DNA from: a virus | Lineage: Duplodnaviria; Heunggongvirae; Uroviricota; Caudoviricetes | Virus record (IMG/VR): IMGVR_UViG_3300010163_000013 | Coordinates: 1 to 64,000 of that record | Strand: one strand, 5' to 3' | DNA length: 64,000 bases | Part shown: one piece after another, positions 39,393 to 49,630 of the stretch | Layout of the letters: every line of letters begins with the position of its first letter | Numbering within the stretch: the first letter of the stretch is position 1 | Program-made: the position numbers and the translations under genes | The notes under the pieces: model-generated | The model's input: the letters and a program-made list of their open reading frames with translations, nothing else | What the model was told of the DNA's origin: nothing | The model's database searches: none

Positions 39393-39575
39393 AATTAAGT
39401 AAAAGAATGATACAAGCAAGTACAAATGAAAATGATTTAATATATACCTTTTGTAAGTTCAGGTAGTGAAATTATTAGTTGTGAAAATACAAATAGAAAT
39501 TTTATAGTTATAGAAATTGACAAACGATTTTATGAATATATAAAAAATAATATTTTAGAAGATAATATTTTATAA
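39393..39575 (+). pseudogene. C-terminal remnant of a beta-class N6A/N4C DNA methyltransferase (frameshifted fragment).
   Basis: ...MIQASTNENDLIY / PFVSSGSEIISCENTNRNFIVIEIDKRFYEYIKNNILEDNIL. Compare the intact homologue at 42690, which ends ...DCFAGSGTTGVACQKLNRNFILGDIN. Confidence 0.5.
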
Positions 39576-39628
39576 ATAAAATTATATATAAAAAAGAACA
39601 AGAGTGAAAATATTAAGGAGACGTTAAT

Positions 39629-39976
39629 ATGAAAATAACAAAAAAAAATAATATAAATGAAACAGAGGATTTGAAATATATAAAATTATTAATAATAAGC
39701 GGTTTAGATATAGATCATAATATAAATATAATTAACTTTATGCTTACGAAATATAATATTAATATTTTAAAAACACACACAACATCATCATTATATAAAG
39801 GTTATGATGGATATATGGTACATATATGTTGCACTAATACACAATTGAACAATTTTTTTACTGATATTTATACTATACAAAAAAATAAAAATGCGTGTTT
39901 TTGTGATATTATAGTTTATAAAAGCAAAAAAAGATTAATACAAAGATTAAAACAATTATTTAAGTATAATGAATAA
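39629..39976 (+). CDS. Hypothetical protein.
   Basis: Shine-Dalgarno site TAAGGAG. Confidence 0.45.
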   Translation: MKITKKNNINETEDLKYIKLLIISGLDIDHNINIINFMLTKYNINILKTHTTSSLYKGYDGYMVHICCTNTQLNNFFTDIYTIQKNKNACFCDIIVYKSKKRLIQRLKQLFKYNE

Positions 39977-40015
39977 TATATTTATTAAATTTTTCAAGGA
40001 GGTATTAAGTAATAA

Positions 40016-42391
40016 ATGGATAATTATGATGTCAATTCAATAAAATCTCTTTCAGCAGTTGATTCAATTCGCCTTAAAGCGTCAATGTATATTGGTACAA
40101 CATCACAAGACGGAGTAAATCAATTAGTATATGAGATATGGGATAATTCATTAGATGAATATTGTGCAGGGTATGGCAATGAAATAGATGTTTTGATAGA
40201 TAAAGATAATTATGTTACAATTAAAGATTATGGTAGGGGTGTTCCTGCTAATTTACATCCAGAATGGAAAAATGAAGATGGAACACCAATGTATACACTT
40301 ACAGGGATTTTTACTAAAATTCATGCTGGTGGAAAACTTTTTGCAGACGGTTCATCTGGTTATTTTTCTACTGTAGGTGTTTATGGTGTAGGAAGTACTG
40401 TTGTAAATTGTCTTTCTGATTATTTTGAAGTAACTTCATATAGAGACGGTAAAATATATAATCAAAAATTTTCTAAAGGTATTCCTATTTCAAATGTTGA
40501 AATAACTGATAATGCAACAAATTCAACGGGTACAATTATTAAATTTCATCCTGATTCAACTATTTTTAAATCAACCATTCAGCCGAATGATAAAAAACTA
40601 CAAAATAGATTAGATGAAATAACATCATTAAATGTAAACTTAAAAATTAATTATAAAAACGAATTAGCTAATACAGAACATACTTTTTGTTATCCTAATG
40701 GTATATCAGATTATATAAAAAACAAATTATTAAAAGATAAACCATTGTTATTTGATACTCCTATCTATTATAAAAGTGAATTTATTAAAGATGATGAAAA
40801 AGTACAAGTAGAATTTGCTTTAATGTATGTTGATGATGTTGAAAGCAATGAAATAATAAAAACATTTGCTAATAATGTATCTACAAAAGAACATGGTACA
40901 CATTTACAAGGTTTTAAAGAGGGATATAAAGAAACAATTAACCAATATGCAATAAATAAAAAGTGGATTAATGAGCCTATAGAAATAAAATATCTTTTAG
41001 ATAATATTTGTTTAATTATATCTGTTAAATTAAAAGAATGTGAACTTGACGGACAGACAAAAAATAAACTAGGTAATATAATAGCAAGAGAGGGAGTAAG
41101 TGAAGTTATAAAAGAGTTTTTTAGTAAATTAACTAAAGAACAACAAAGTATAATACAAACTATTATAGAACGAGCAAATAAAGTAAAAGAAGCTGAAGAG
41201 GCTGCTCGTAGGGCAAGAATAAATACTCGTAAAGCTAATAAAGTAAATAGAATGTCTTTACCTGGTAAGTTAGCTGATTGTAGTAATAATAAAGGATATA
41301 CTGAATTATTTCTTGTTGAAGGTGATAGTGCGGGTGGTTGTTTTGTTGGAGATACTTTAGTGAAACTTTTAGATGGTAGAAATATTCCAATACAACAAAT
41401 AGTTGAAGAACATAGGCAAGGTAAAAAAAATTATGTTTATTGTAGTACGAAAAACGGAGATATACGAATACAAAAAATAGAAAATGCCTTTAAGACAAAA
41501 ACAGTAAATGAAGTATGTGAAATAATGTTAGATAATAATAAAATTATAAAATGTACAAAAGATCATTTATTTATGTTACGAGATGGAACATATAAAGAGG
41601 CTCAATACTTAACTAATGAGGATTCTTTAATGCCTTTATATATAAAATATAACGATACAAATTACAATCACAAAATAAAATCTGTTAAATTTATTTATTA
41701 TGAAAATGGAATAGATGTTTACGATTTAACCATACCTATTTATCATAATTTTGCTTTGAGTGACGGGGTATTTGTTCATAATTCAGCTAAAGATGCCCGT
41801 TTTAGAGAATTTCAAGCAATATTACCATTAAGAGGTAAAATATTAAATGTAGAAAAAACAGGATTTGATAAAATGATTAATTCAGACGTTATACAATCTT
41901 TAATTGCCTCTATTGGAACAGGGATAGATAAAAAATTTAATATAAATAAATGCAGATATGATAAAGTAATTATAATGACTGATGCAGATGTAGACGGTTA
42001 TCATATAATGAATTTATTATTAACATTTATTTATAATTATATGCGACCATTAATAGAACAAGGTTATGTATATGCAACAACACCACCACTATATAAAATA
42101 ATAACAAAAAAAACATCTATCTATATTAAAGATGATTATGAATTAAAAGAATACAAAAGAAAACATCCTAATATAGACATAAAAGTACAACGATTCAAGG
42201 GATTAGGAGAAATGAATGCTAATGAATTAAAAGAAACTACAATGGATCCAAAAACAAGAATATTAAAGAAAATAACAATAAATGATATAGATGATATGAT
42301 ACAATCATTTAATGTGTGTATGGGTTCAGACGTTAATTTAAGAAGAAGATTTATAGAAGAAAATGCCCATAAAGCGATTTTAGACTATTAA
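40016..42391 (+). CDS. gyrB: Type II topoisomerase ATPase subunit (GyrB/ParE-like) interrupted by a mini-intein.
   Basis: GHKL region (VYEIWDNSLDE, GRGVP), the Toprim box LFLVEGDSAGG|...|SAKDARFREFQAILPLRGKILNVEK, and DADVDGYHI. Confidence 0.85.
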   Translation: MDNYDVNSIKSLSAVDSIRLKASMYIGTTSQDGVNQLVYEIWDNSLDEYCAGYGNEIDVLIDKDNYVTIKDYGRGVPANLHPEWKNEDGTPMYTLTGIFTKIHAGGKLFADGSSGYFSTVGVYGVGSTVVNCLSDYFEVTSYRDGKIYNQKFSKGIPISNVEITDNATNSTGTIIKFHPDSTIFKSTIQPNDKKLQNRLDEITSLNVNLKINYKNELANTEHTFCYPNGISDYIKNKLLKDKPLLFDTPIYYKSEFIKDDEKVQVEFALMYVDDVESNEIIKTFANNVSTKEHGTHLQGFKEGYKETINQYAINKKWINEPIEIKYLLDNICLIISVKLKECELDGQTKNKLGNIIAREGVSEVIKEFFSKLTKEQQSIIQTIIERANKVKEAEEAARRARINTRKANKVNRMSLPGKLADCSNNKGYTELFLVEGDSAGGCFVGDTLVKLLDGRNIPIQQIVEEHRQGKKNYVYCSTKNGDIRIQKIENAFKTKTVNEVCEIMLDNNKIIKCTKDHLFMLRDGTYKEAQYLTNEDSLMPLYIKYNDTNYNHKIKSVKFIYYENGIDVYDLTIPIYHNFALSDGVFVHNSAKDARFREFQAILPLRGKILNVEKTGFDKMINSDVIQSLIASIGTGIDKKFNINKCRYDKVIIMTDADVDGYHIMNLLLTFIYNYMRPLIEQGYVYATTPPLYKIITKKTSIYIKDDYELKEYKRKHPNIDIKVQRFKGLGEMNANELKETTMDPKTRILKKITINDIDDMIQSFNVCMGSDVNLRRRFIEENAHKAILDY
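41339..41782 (+). mobile_element. 148-aa mini-intein in the GyrB Toprim motif (EGDSAGG^S). No endonuclease domain.
   Basis: Starts CFVGDTLVKLLDG (block A). Block B is TKDHLF. The C-terminus is ...VYDLTIPIYHNFALSDGVFVHN followed by S. Confidence 0.75.
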
Positions 42392-42397
42392 AAATAA

Positions 42398-42430
42398 ATA
42401 GAGAGGATATTAAATTCCTCTCTTTTTATC
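42398..42430 (+). terminator. Rho-independent terminator.
   Basis: AGAGAGGAtattaaatTCCTCTCT, then TTTTAT. Confidence 0.75.
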
Positions 42431-42689
42431 TTAAAAAAATAATATATTTTATTATATATAATAAATAAAATAATTAAATTATTTTAAAGGAGCGAGTGTT
42501 TGTGAAAGCTAATATAATTGATTATAATACAATAAAAGATTTAAAAATAAATGACATTTATAAAAAAAATAAAGAAGATATTTTATTTAAAAATATTAAT
42601 AATAAATCTATAAATATACCTAAAACAGATATGAAATTTTGTAGAGACGGTTGTAAAATTTTTTAATATATTCATAAGGAATGATAAGA

Positions 42690-43445
42690 ATGTTAGAACT
42701 TAATAAAATTTATAATATGGATTGTTTAAAACTGTTAGAGCAAATAGACGATAATATGATAGATTTAATTTTAATAGATCCTCCTTATTTAATAAGTAAA
42801 AATAGTCACTTTACAGAAACTAACAATCCTACATATAAAGCGAAATATGGAAAACATAAAATAGATTTTGGTGAGTGGGATAAAAAACAACTTAATCTTG
42901 AAGATATTTTAAAAGAATGTTATAGAATACTTAAATCTAATGGTACATTATTGACATTTTATGATTTTTGGAAAATGCAAGAACTCAAATATATAGCGGA
43001 ACAATTAAAATTTAAACAACCAAGATTAGGAGTATGGAACAAGACTAATCCTGTTCCAATTAATTCACAAATTAACTATTTATCTAACACTAAAGAATTT
43101 TTTGTTACATTTGTAAAAAAATCAAAACCAACATTTAATTCAAAATATGATAATGCAGAATATTATATAAAAGATGAATGTACAGATAATAACTTTATAG
43201 ATACATATTTTTTACCCATACTGCATGGCAAAGAAAGAACAAAGCATCCTACTCAAAAACCTTTAAAACTAATAGAACAATTAATATATAAACATAGTAA
43301 TGAATGTGATATTGTTGTTGATTGTTTTGCGGGTTCAGGTACAACAGGCGTAGCTTGTCAAAAATTAAATCGTAATTTTATATTAGGAGATATAAATATA
43401 AATTATATTAATATATGTAAAGAACGATTAGGATTTAATACTTAA
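42690..43445 (+). CDS. Beta-class N6-adenine (or N4-cytosine) DNA methyltransferase.
   Basis: N-terminal LILIDPPY (motif IV). C-terminal VVDCFAGSGTTGVACQKLNRNFILGDIN (motif I). Confidence 0.75.
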   Translation: MLELNKIYNMDCLKLLEQIDDNMIDLILIDPPYLISKNSHFTETNNPTYKAKYGKHKIDFGEWDKKQLNLEDILKECYRILKSNGTLLTFYDFWKMQELKYIAEQLKFKQPRLGVWNKTNPVPINSQINYLSNTKEFFVTFVKKSKPTFNSKYDNAEYYIKDECTDNNFIDTYFLPILHGKERTKHPTQKPLKLIEQLIYKHSNECDIVVDCFAGSGTTGVACQKLNRNFILGDININYINICKERLGFNT

Positions 43446-43502
43446 TAAATATTGACAAATATACCAATTTATATTATTATATTAATTATAAAAGGAAAGT
43501 AG

Positions 43503-43994
43503 GTGCTATACATAATGGACAATTTCTATATAATGGATTATGAGAGTGATTCTTTTACATTTAAGCGTTATGGATATAATGATATGTACAATATTACTGT
43601 GAGTTATAATGTACCCGTTTCAAGTGAACAATTATATGTAGATAATACTTCATTAAATTTATTAAATAATTTTTATTTAGAAACGAAGTTATCTTATACT
43701 AATAATATTTCACAACAAATAATATCAGGCTTATATAAAAATCAAAAATGTTCATTAAAATATACAACTAAAGGGATTAATGTATATGTTAATCATTTAT
43801 TATATAAAAATTCAAAAAGAACTATAAGATATTGTAATAAAACTTTTATAGGTTTTATTCCATTTAAACATGTAAAACAATTAAGGAAAATAAAGAAAAA
43901 AATTACGGACATTTCTATTAAAGAAATTAAAAATAAAAAAAATAAAAAGAATATAATAATATCTATACGTTTTTTTGATATTATTTTTTGTTAA
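43503..43994 (+). CDS. Hypothetical protein.
   Basis: ORF of 163 aa. Confidence 0.4.
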   Translation: MLYIMDNFYIMDYESDSFTFKRYGYNDMYNITVSYNVPVSSEQLYVDNTSLNLLNNFYLETKLSYTNNISQQIISGLYKNQKCSLKYTTKGINVYVNHLLYKNSKRTIRYCNKTFIGFIPFKHVKQLRKIKKKITDISIKEIKNKKNKKNIIISIRFFDIIFC

Positions 43995-44010
43995 AGTAAG
44001 GAGAATATAA

Positions 44011-47000
44011 ATGAAAAAGACAAAAAAAAATATTGATATTAATAATATATTAAATAATGAAAACATATATGATGTAGATATAGCTACTGAAATAAAAACA
44101 TCAACAATTAATTATGCTATGTCTGTAATTACAGATAGGGCTTTACCTGATATAAGAGACGGATTAAAACCCGCTCAAAGACGAAATATATATGCAACAT
44201 ATAATAAAAAAATATTACCAACTTCTAATTATGTAAAGTGTGCTGAAATATCTGGTGAAGTTATGGGAAAATATCATCCTCATGGATGCAGTCGATTTAA
44301 TACTAAAATAATGCTAACAAATGGTACTATTGTTCAATTAGGTGATTTATTTAATTCAAGTGAAAAAGAATTTGAAATTTTATGTGTTAATAATAATGGT
44401 AAAATAACAGTTTCTAAAATGCATCATATTCGTATAGGACAATATACTAATAAAATTTATCATATTATATTATCAAATGATGCTGATATTCAAGTTACAG
44501 ATAACCATCCATTTTTATTAGATAATTTACAATGGAAAAGAGCAGATGAGCTAAAAATTAATGATAAATTGTTTTCAAGTTGTATATTAACACATAACAA
44601 TAATGACTTTTATCCAATAATTAAACAACAAAATAACAGAATGAAATTTCTGCATCTGATGGTAGGTGAATATAAATATGGTTCTATAGAACCATATTAT
44701 CATATACATCATAATGATAATAATGTTCTTAATTTTTCTACTGATAATTTAATTAAATTATCAACATCTAAACATAGTAAAGTATATTGTAAACGACATA
44801 GATCATTGGTTGGTTTTGATAAAGGTAGAGATAGAATGTTTAATGGAGACTTAAAAGAACAAATTAAAATAAAAAACAGTAATGAAGTATATAAAAATAT
44901 TAATTATATTAATACAAAAGAAACAAGAGTACGTAAAACAAGAATACAAAAAACTCCTAAATTAAATAATTTATATATTAAAAAAATATATATTGAAACA
45001 GTTGATAATGAACCTATGTATGATTTTACTGTAGATAAATATGAAAATGCTTTGTTTTTAGCTAATATTGAAAAAACAAATAATAATATAAATCAATATA
45101 ATTTAGTTTGTTTACATAATTCAACTTATTTGACATTATGTAATATGGGGCAAGAATGGAAAATGCGTTACCCGTTAATAGATTTTCATGGTAATAAGGG
45201 ATCTATTGACGGAGAAGGGCCAGCAGCGGAGCGTTATACTGAAGCGAGATTACATAAAAATGCTATGGAATTATTAACAAATATAGATGAAAATAGTGTA
45301 GAGTTTGTTCCTAATTATAGTGAGACATTAATGGAACCTGTTGTATTGCCTGGATTGTTACCTAATTTATTAATAAATGGTTCTTGTGGTATAGCTGTTG
45401 GTTATACTACTCAATTTCCATCTCATAACTTATCAGAAGTAATAGATGGAATAATTCAAGTTATAAAAAATCCACAATCTACATTACAAGATATAATGAA
45501 ACATATTAAAGGCCCTGATTTTCCAATGGGCAGTTATCTAATAAATAAAAATATTGTTGATTTATATAATACAGGTAAGGCACAATTAACATTTAAAGCT
45601 AAACATTTTATTGAAACAAATGAAGAAACAAAAAATAGTCAAATTGTGTTTTTTGAATTACCACCTAATACTAACAAAGCTAAATTAGTAGAAAAAGTAT
45701 ATAATTTATGTATTGAAAAAAAACAAATACCAAGAATTATAGATGTTAGAGATGAAAGTAATGGAGATGATGGAATAAGAATTGTTATTGAATTACATAA
45801 AACAGCTATTTTAGATATCGTTTTAAATGAATTATTTAAAAAAACAGATTTACAACAAAATATAACTTATGTTATGAATTGTATAATAGATAAAACACCT
45901 AAAGTAGTTACTTTAAAGCAATATATTGATGAATATATTAAATTTCAAAAAGAAGTGCATATTAAAACTTTTAATAATATACTAAAAAAACTTAATAAAA
46001 AGTTGCATATACAAGAAGGTTATCAAAAAATAAATACTAATTTAACTCAAACTATTGATATAATTAGAAGTGCTGAAAATGATGAAATGGCAAAAAGTGA
46101 ATTAATAAAATATTTTAATTTATCTGAAGAACAAGCTAATATAATATTAGATATGAAATTGCGAAATATAACAAAATTAGGAAGTAAAAATGTAGATGAT
46201 ATTATAAAAGAATTAAATAAAAAAATTAATTATCATAATGAATTATTAAATGATGATAATAAGCTAAATAATTTATTAATTCAGGAATTAAAAGATTTAA
46301 AAAAGCGAATGGGTGATAACAGAAGAACTGAAATTATTGACGAAGAAGAAATTATTGTTAATAAAAATATTGATAAAGAAATTATGATAGCTTTAACGAA
46401 TAAAAATAACATAAAACAATATGAAATTGATACATTTAAAGAATTAGTTAAAAAAGGATATAAAGAAAAATCAGAAATATTTTTACAGTGGTTACAAATT
46501 AACACAAGTGATAATTTATTATTAATATTTAATACAGGTAATTATATGTGTATTACATTTGATGATTTATTGTGTAATATAAATACATTAGTAGAAAAAC
46601 AAATAATTATTAAAATTATTCCATTAACTAAAGATAATTTAGATAAAGTAATATTATTAATTACAAAAAATGGATTGGTTAAAAAATGCTATTTAAATAA
46701 ATTTAAAACAAAGAAAAAAATATTTAACTTAGTTGAATTAGATAACAATGACAATATTATTAATGTAGAGATATTAGCTCCTGATAATAACAATATTATT
46801 ACTATTGCATCTTCTAATGGGTTAATCCATAGATTTTATGTTGATTCTTTTAAAGAAACTACTCCTGGTGGAAAAGGTTTATGTAGTATGTCATTAAAAG
46901 ATAATATTATATCTGATGTATATATATCTAAATTAGAAGATGATGATAAAAAATATTTAATAATATACGCTAAGGATAACGAACAATATTATATTAAAAA

Positions 47001-47232
47001 GATAAAATTAAATGAATTTCTTGTTAAAGGAAGAATTGCAAAAGGAACTAAAGCAATCAATTTTACAGAAAAAAGTCCAGGTATAATTATTAAAATTATA
47101 ATAACGAGTAGTAATTTTATTATTATGAATAATAAAGGTATAGAAATGTTAATTGACTTAGATAGTATAAAGGAAAGTAACAAAAATACAAAAGGAGAGA
47201 AAATTAATTATGATATTTTAATGCAGATATAA
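44011..47232 (+). CDS. gyrA: Type II topoisomerase DNA-cleavage subunit (GyrA/ParC-like) interrupted by an intein.
   Basis: YAMSVITDRALPDIRDGLKPAQRR, KYHPHG|...|STYL...MRYPLIDFHGNKGS, and the catalytic Tyr context AAERYTEARL. Confidence 0.85.
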   Translation: MKKTKKNIDINNILNNENIYDVDIATEIKTSTINYAMSVITDRALPDIRDGLKPAQRRNIYATYNKKILPTSNYVKCAEISGEVMGKYHPHGCSRFNTKIMLTNGTIVQLGDLFNSSEKEFEILCVNNNGKITVSKMHHIRIGQYTNKIYHIILSNDADIQVTDNHPFLLDNLQWKRADELKINDKLFSSCILTHNNNDFYPIIKQQNNRMKFLHLMVGEYKYGSIEPYYHIHHNDNNVLNFSTDNLIKLSTSKHSKVYCKRHRSLVGFDKGRDRMFNGDLKEQIKIKNSNEVYKNINYINTKETRVRKTRIQKTPKLNNLYIKKIYIETVDNEPMYDFTVDKYENALFLANIEKTNNNINQYNLVCLHNSTYLTLCNMGQEWKMRYPLIDFHGNKGSIDGEGPAAERYTEARLHKNAMELLTNIDENSVEFVPNYSETLMEPVVLPGLLPNLLINGSCGIAVGYTTQFPSHNLSEVIDGIIQVIKNPQSTLQDIMKHIKGPDFPMGSYLINKNIVDLYNTGKAQLTFKAKHFIETNEETKNSQIVFFELPPNTNKAKLVEKVYNLCIEKKQIPRIIDVRDESNGDDGIRIVIELHKTAILDIVLNELFKKTDLQQNITYVMNCIIDKTPKVVTLKQYIDEYIKFQKEVHIKTFNNILKKLNKKLHIQEGYQKINTNLTQTIDIIRSAENDEMAKSELIKYFNLSEEQANIILDMKLRNITKLGSKNVDDIIKELNKKINYHNELLNDDNKLNNLLIQELKDLKKRMGDNRRTEIIDEEEIIVNKNIDKEIMIALTNKNNIKQYEIDTFKELVKKGYKEKSEIFLQWLQINTSDNLLLIFNTGNYMCITFDDLLCNINTLVEKQIIIKIIPLTKDNLDKVILLITKNGLVKKCYLNKFKTKKKIFNLVELDNNDNIINVEILAPDNNNIITIASSNGLIHRFYVDSFKETTPGGKGLCSMSLKDNIISDVYISKLEDDDKKYLIIYAKDNEQYYIKKIKLNEFLVKGRIAKGTKAINFTEKSPGIIIKIIITSSNFIIMNNKGIEMLIDLDSIKESNKNTKGEKINYDILMQI
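44287..45120 (+). mobile_element. 278-aa intein in GyrA (after KYHPHG) carrying an HNH-type endonuclease-like motif.
   Basis: Starts CSRFNTKIMLTNGTIVQLGDL. Block B is TDNHPF. The HNH-like segment is YYHIHHNDNNVLNFSTDNLIKLSTSKHSKV. It ends ...YDFTVDKYENALFLAN...LVCLHN followed by S. Confidence 0.7.
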
Positions 47233-47645
47233 CAAATAAAGATGTTTATTTTTTAGAAAAAGCAGGAGAAGTTTCAAAATTATCTGATTTTAAAGATACT
47301 CATATAGGTTGTATAGCTGTATATAAAAACAAAATTATCTCAATAGGATTTAATTCAAGTAAAACTCATCCTTTACAAAAAAAATATAATTATTTCAGAA
47401 AATTAGATAATTCATCAGGATATATAAAACATTCATTACACGCTGAAATTATGTGTTTATTGAATTTAAGAAGATATAATGTAAATTATAATAAAATAAA
47501 GCTATATATATGTAGATATAAAAAAAATAATTGTTATGGCTTAGCAAGACCTTGTTCTGCTTGTATAGAAATGATAAAACAATATAATATTTCTAATATT
47601 ATTTATAGCATAGATAATGGTTATATGTATGAATATATAAAATAG
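47214..47645 (+). CDS. dCMP/cytidine-deaminase-like zinc enzyme with no canonical start codon in the open frame.
   Basis: ...HIGCIAVYKNKIISIGFN...HAEIMCL...PCSACIEMI (the HAE and PCxxC zinc ligands). The frame is open from 47214, just after a TGA, and overlaps the gyrA stop at 47230-47232. The first ATG is at 47451, inside the fold. Confidence 0.5.
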   Translation, partial: YFNADITNKDVYFLEKAGEVSKLSDFKDTHIGCIAVYKNKIISIGFNSSKTHPLQKKYNYFRKLDNSSGYIKHSLHAEIMCLLNLRRYNVNYNKIKLYICRYKKNNCYGLARPCSACIEMIKQYNISNIIYSIDNGYMYEYIK

Positions 47646-47668
47646 AATTTATATACAAAAATCACATA

Positions 47669-47700
47669 AAAAGGCAACTATAATAGTTGCCTTTTTGTTT
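47669..47700 (+). terminator. Rho-independent terminator.
   Basis: AAGGCAACTATaatATAGTTGCCTT, then TTTG. Confidence 0.8.
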
Positions 47701-47798
47701 ACTAAAAACAACAATTATGCTATAATTAAATTAATAAATATAAATAAATTATTTATTTAAAGAATATAAGTAAGTTTTTATATATAGGAGGTAAAAAT

Positions 47799-49016
47799 AT
47801 GGATAAGAAATGTAGTTTTTGTAATAAACCTGAAAGTACAGTAGAACAATTAGTACAAAGTTCAATAAATGATGATATATGTATATGTAATGATTGTCTA
47901 ATGTTAGGATATGATTTAATATGTGAATATCAACCAGATACAAATTTAAATAATATAGAAACACAAACTCCCATTCAATCAATGGGTAAAAACATTCCTA
48001 AACCAATAGAAATAAAAGATTTTTTAGATAAATATGTTATTGGACAGGATAATGCTAAAAAATCTATTGCGGTGGCAACATATAATCATTATAAACGAAT
48101 ACTATCAAATATTAATAATGATGATGAATTACAAAAAAGTAATATTTTATTGTTGGGTCCTACAGGAAGTGGAAAAACATTAATAGCTAAAACAATAGCA
48201 AAAATATTAAAAGTACCATTTGCCATTGCTGATGCTACGAGTCTTACAGAGGCAGGGTATGTTGGTGAAGATGTCGAAAATATTTTATTAAAATTAATTC
48301 ATAATGCAAATGGTAATATTGAACTTGCAGAAAAAGGAATAATATATATAGATGAATTTGATAAATTAGCAAGGAAATCAGAAAATACCTCCATTACAAG
48401 AGATGTTAGCGGCGAAGGTGTTCAACAGGCACTTCTTAAAATTATTGAGGGTACAGAGGCTTCTGTTCCACCTAATGGGGGTAGAAAACACCCATTACAG
48501 GAATACATAAAAATAAATACAAATAATATTTTGTTTATATGTGGTGGAGCTTTTGAAGGGTTAGAACAAATAGTAAAACAACGATTAGGAAAAAAAGTTA
48601 TAGGATTTAATGAAGTGGCAACAAAAATAGATTGTACAAATTGGCAAGAATATCTTGATTCACAAGATATTATTAAATATGGATTAATACCTGAATTAGT
48701 AGGTAGATTACCAATAATAAGTTGTTTACAGCCATTAAACGAATGTACATTAATAGACATATTATCAAAACCAAAAAATTCATTAGTTTCTCAATATCAA
48801 AAATTGTTTGCTATTGATGGAATTAATTTAAAATTTACTACAGAAGCATTAAAGTTAATTGCTCAAACAGCTATAAAGAAAAATTTAGGTGCAAGAGGAT
48901 TACGTTCTATAATGGAAAAAATTATGGAAGATTCAATGTTTAAATATCCGTCAATGAAATATACATCTTTAAAAATAGATAAACACTTTGTTGAAAATAA
49001 TTTAAAAATTAAGTAA
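47799..49016 (+). CDS. clpX: ClpX ATP-dependent protease ATPase or unfoldase subunit.
   Basis: N-terminal C4 zinc domain (CSFCNK...CICNDC). [58 protein letters not shown]. Confidence 0.85.
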   Translation: MDKKCSFCNKPESTVEQLVQSSINDDICICNDCLMLGYDLICEYQPDTNLNNIETQTPIQSMGKNIPKPIEIKDFLDKYVIGQDNAKKSIAVATYNHYKRILSNINNDDELQKSNILLLGPTGSGKTLIAKTIAKILKVPFAIADATSLTEAGYVGEDVENILLKLIHNANGNIELAEKGIIYIDEFDKLARKSENTSITRDVSGEGVQQALLKIIEGTEASVPPNGGRKHPLQEYIKINTNNILFICGGAFEGLEQIVKQRLGKKVIGFNEVATKIDCTNWQEYLDSQDIIKYGLIPELVGRLPIISCLQPLNECTLIDILSKPKNSLVSQYQKLFAIDGINLKFTTEALKLIAQTAIKKNLGARGLRSIMEKIMEDSMFKYPSMKYTSLKIDKHFVENNLKIK

Positions 49017-49018
49017 AT

Positions 49019-49048
49019 TAGGAGAGGTTAAACCCTCTCCTTTAGTTT
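49019..49048. terminator. Bidirectional hairpin terminator.
   Basis: GGAGAGGttaaacCCTCTCC, then TTTAGTTT. Confidence 0.75.
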
Positions 49049-49066
49049 ATAAATTATTTTTTATTT

Positions 49067-49459
49067 TTATGCTCTTTTTAATCTTTTACATTTATTAGAC
49101 ATTCTAATAGGTGTTCTATAAATACTTGTTTTTCTAAATGGCATTGTTCTCTTATATTTGCTTACTTTCTTTAATTTACCTTTTCTTGCTGCTTCAGTAT
49201 CAATTTCAAACTTTTCTAATAATTCAGAAGGAATTGAATCAGCATAATCCATTAAGAAATATTCAAACTCAAACCATAATAAATCATTTATTTCTGTTTC
49301 TGTTAATTCATCAAAACATTCATTAACATAACTTTCAAATAAATCTTCTAAATTATATTTTTGTAAATCTTTAAAATTATCTTTTGCTCCATTCCAAAAT
49401 TCAAAATCATTAATATCAAATGGATCCATTGAAATTACCTTACACATAAAATAAATCAC
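49067..49459 (-). CDS. Hypothetical acidic protein with a basic C-terminal tail.
   Basis: ORF of 130 aa on the minus strand. Confidence 0.4.
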   Translation of the reverse strand: MIYFMCKVISMDPFDINDFEFWNGAKDNFKDLQKYNLEDLFESYVNECFDELTETEINDLLWFEFEYFLMDYADSIPSELLEKFEIDTEAARKGKLKKVSKYKRTMPFRKTSIYRTPIRMSNKCKRLKRA

Positions 49460-49630
49460 TCCTTATTATTTTATTAATAAATATATTATTTTTATAAAAA
49501 TATTTCAATAAATCTTATTTTTGTTTGGAAATATAGTTTATAATTTGCTTTACATAAAATTGTTAATTAATTTTTATAATTAAATTTGATTAATTTTTTA
49601 TTTTATAAATAAAAGATTGTTGGTGAAATA

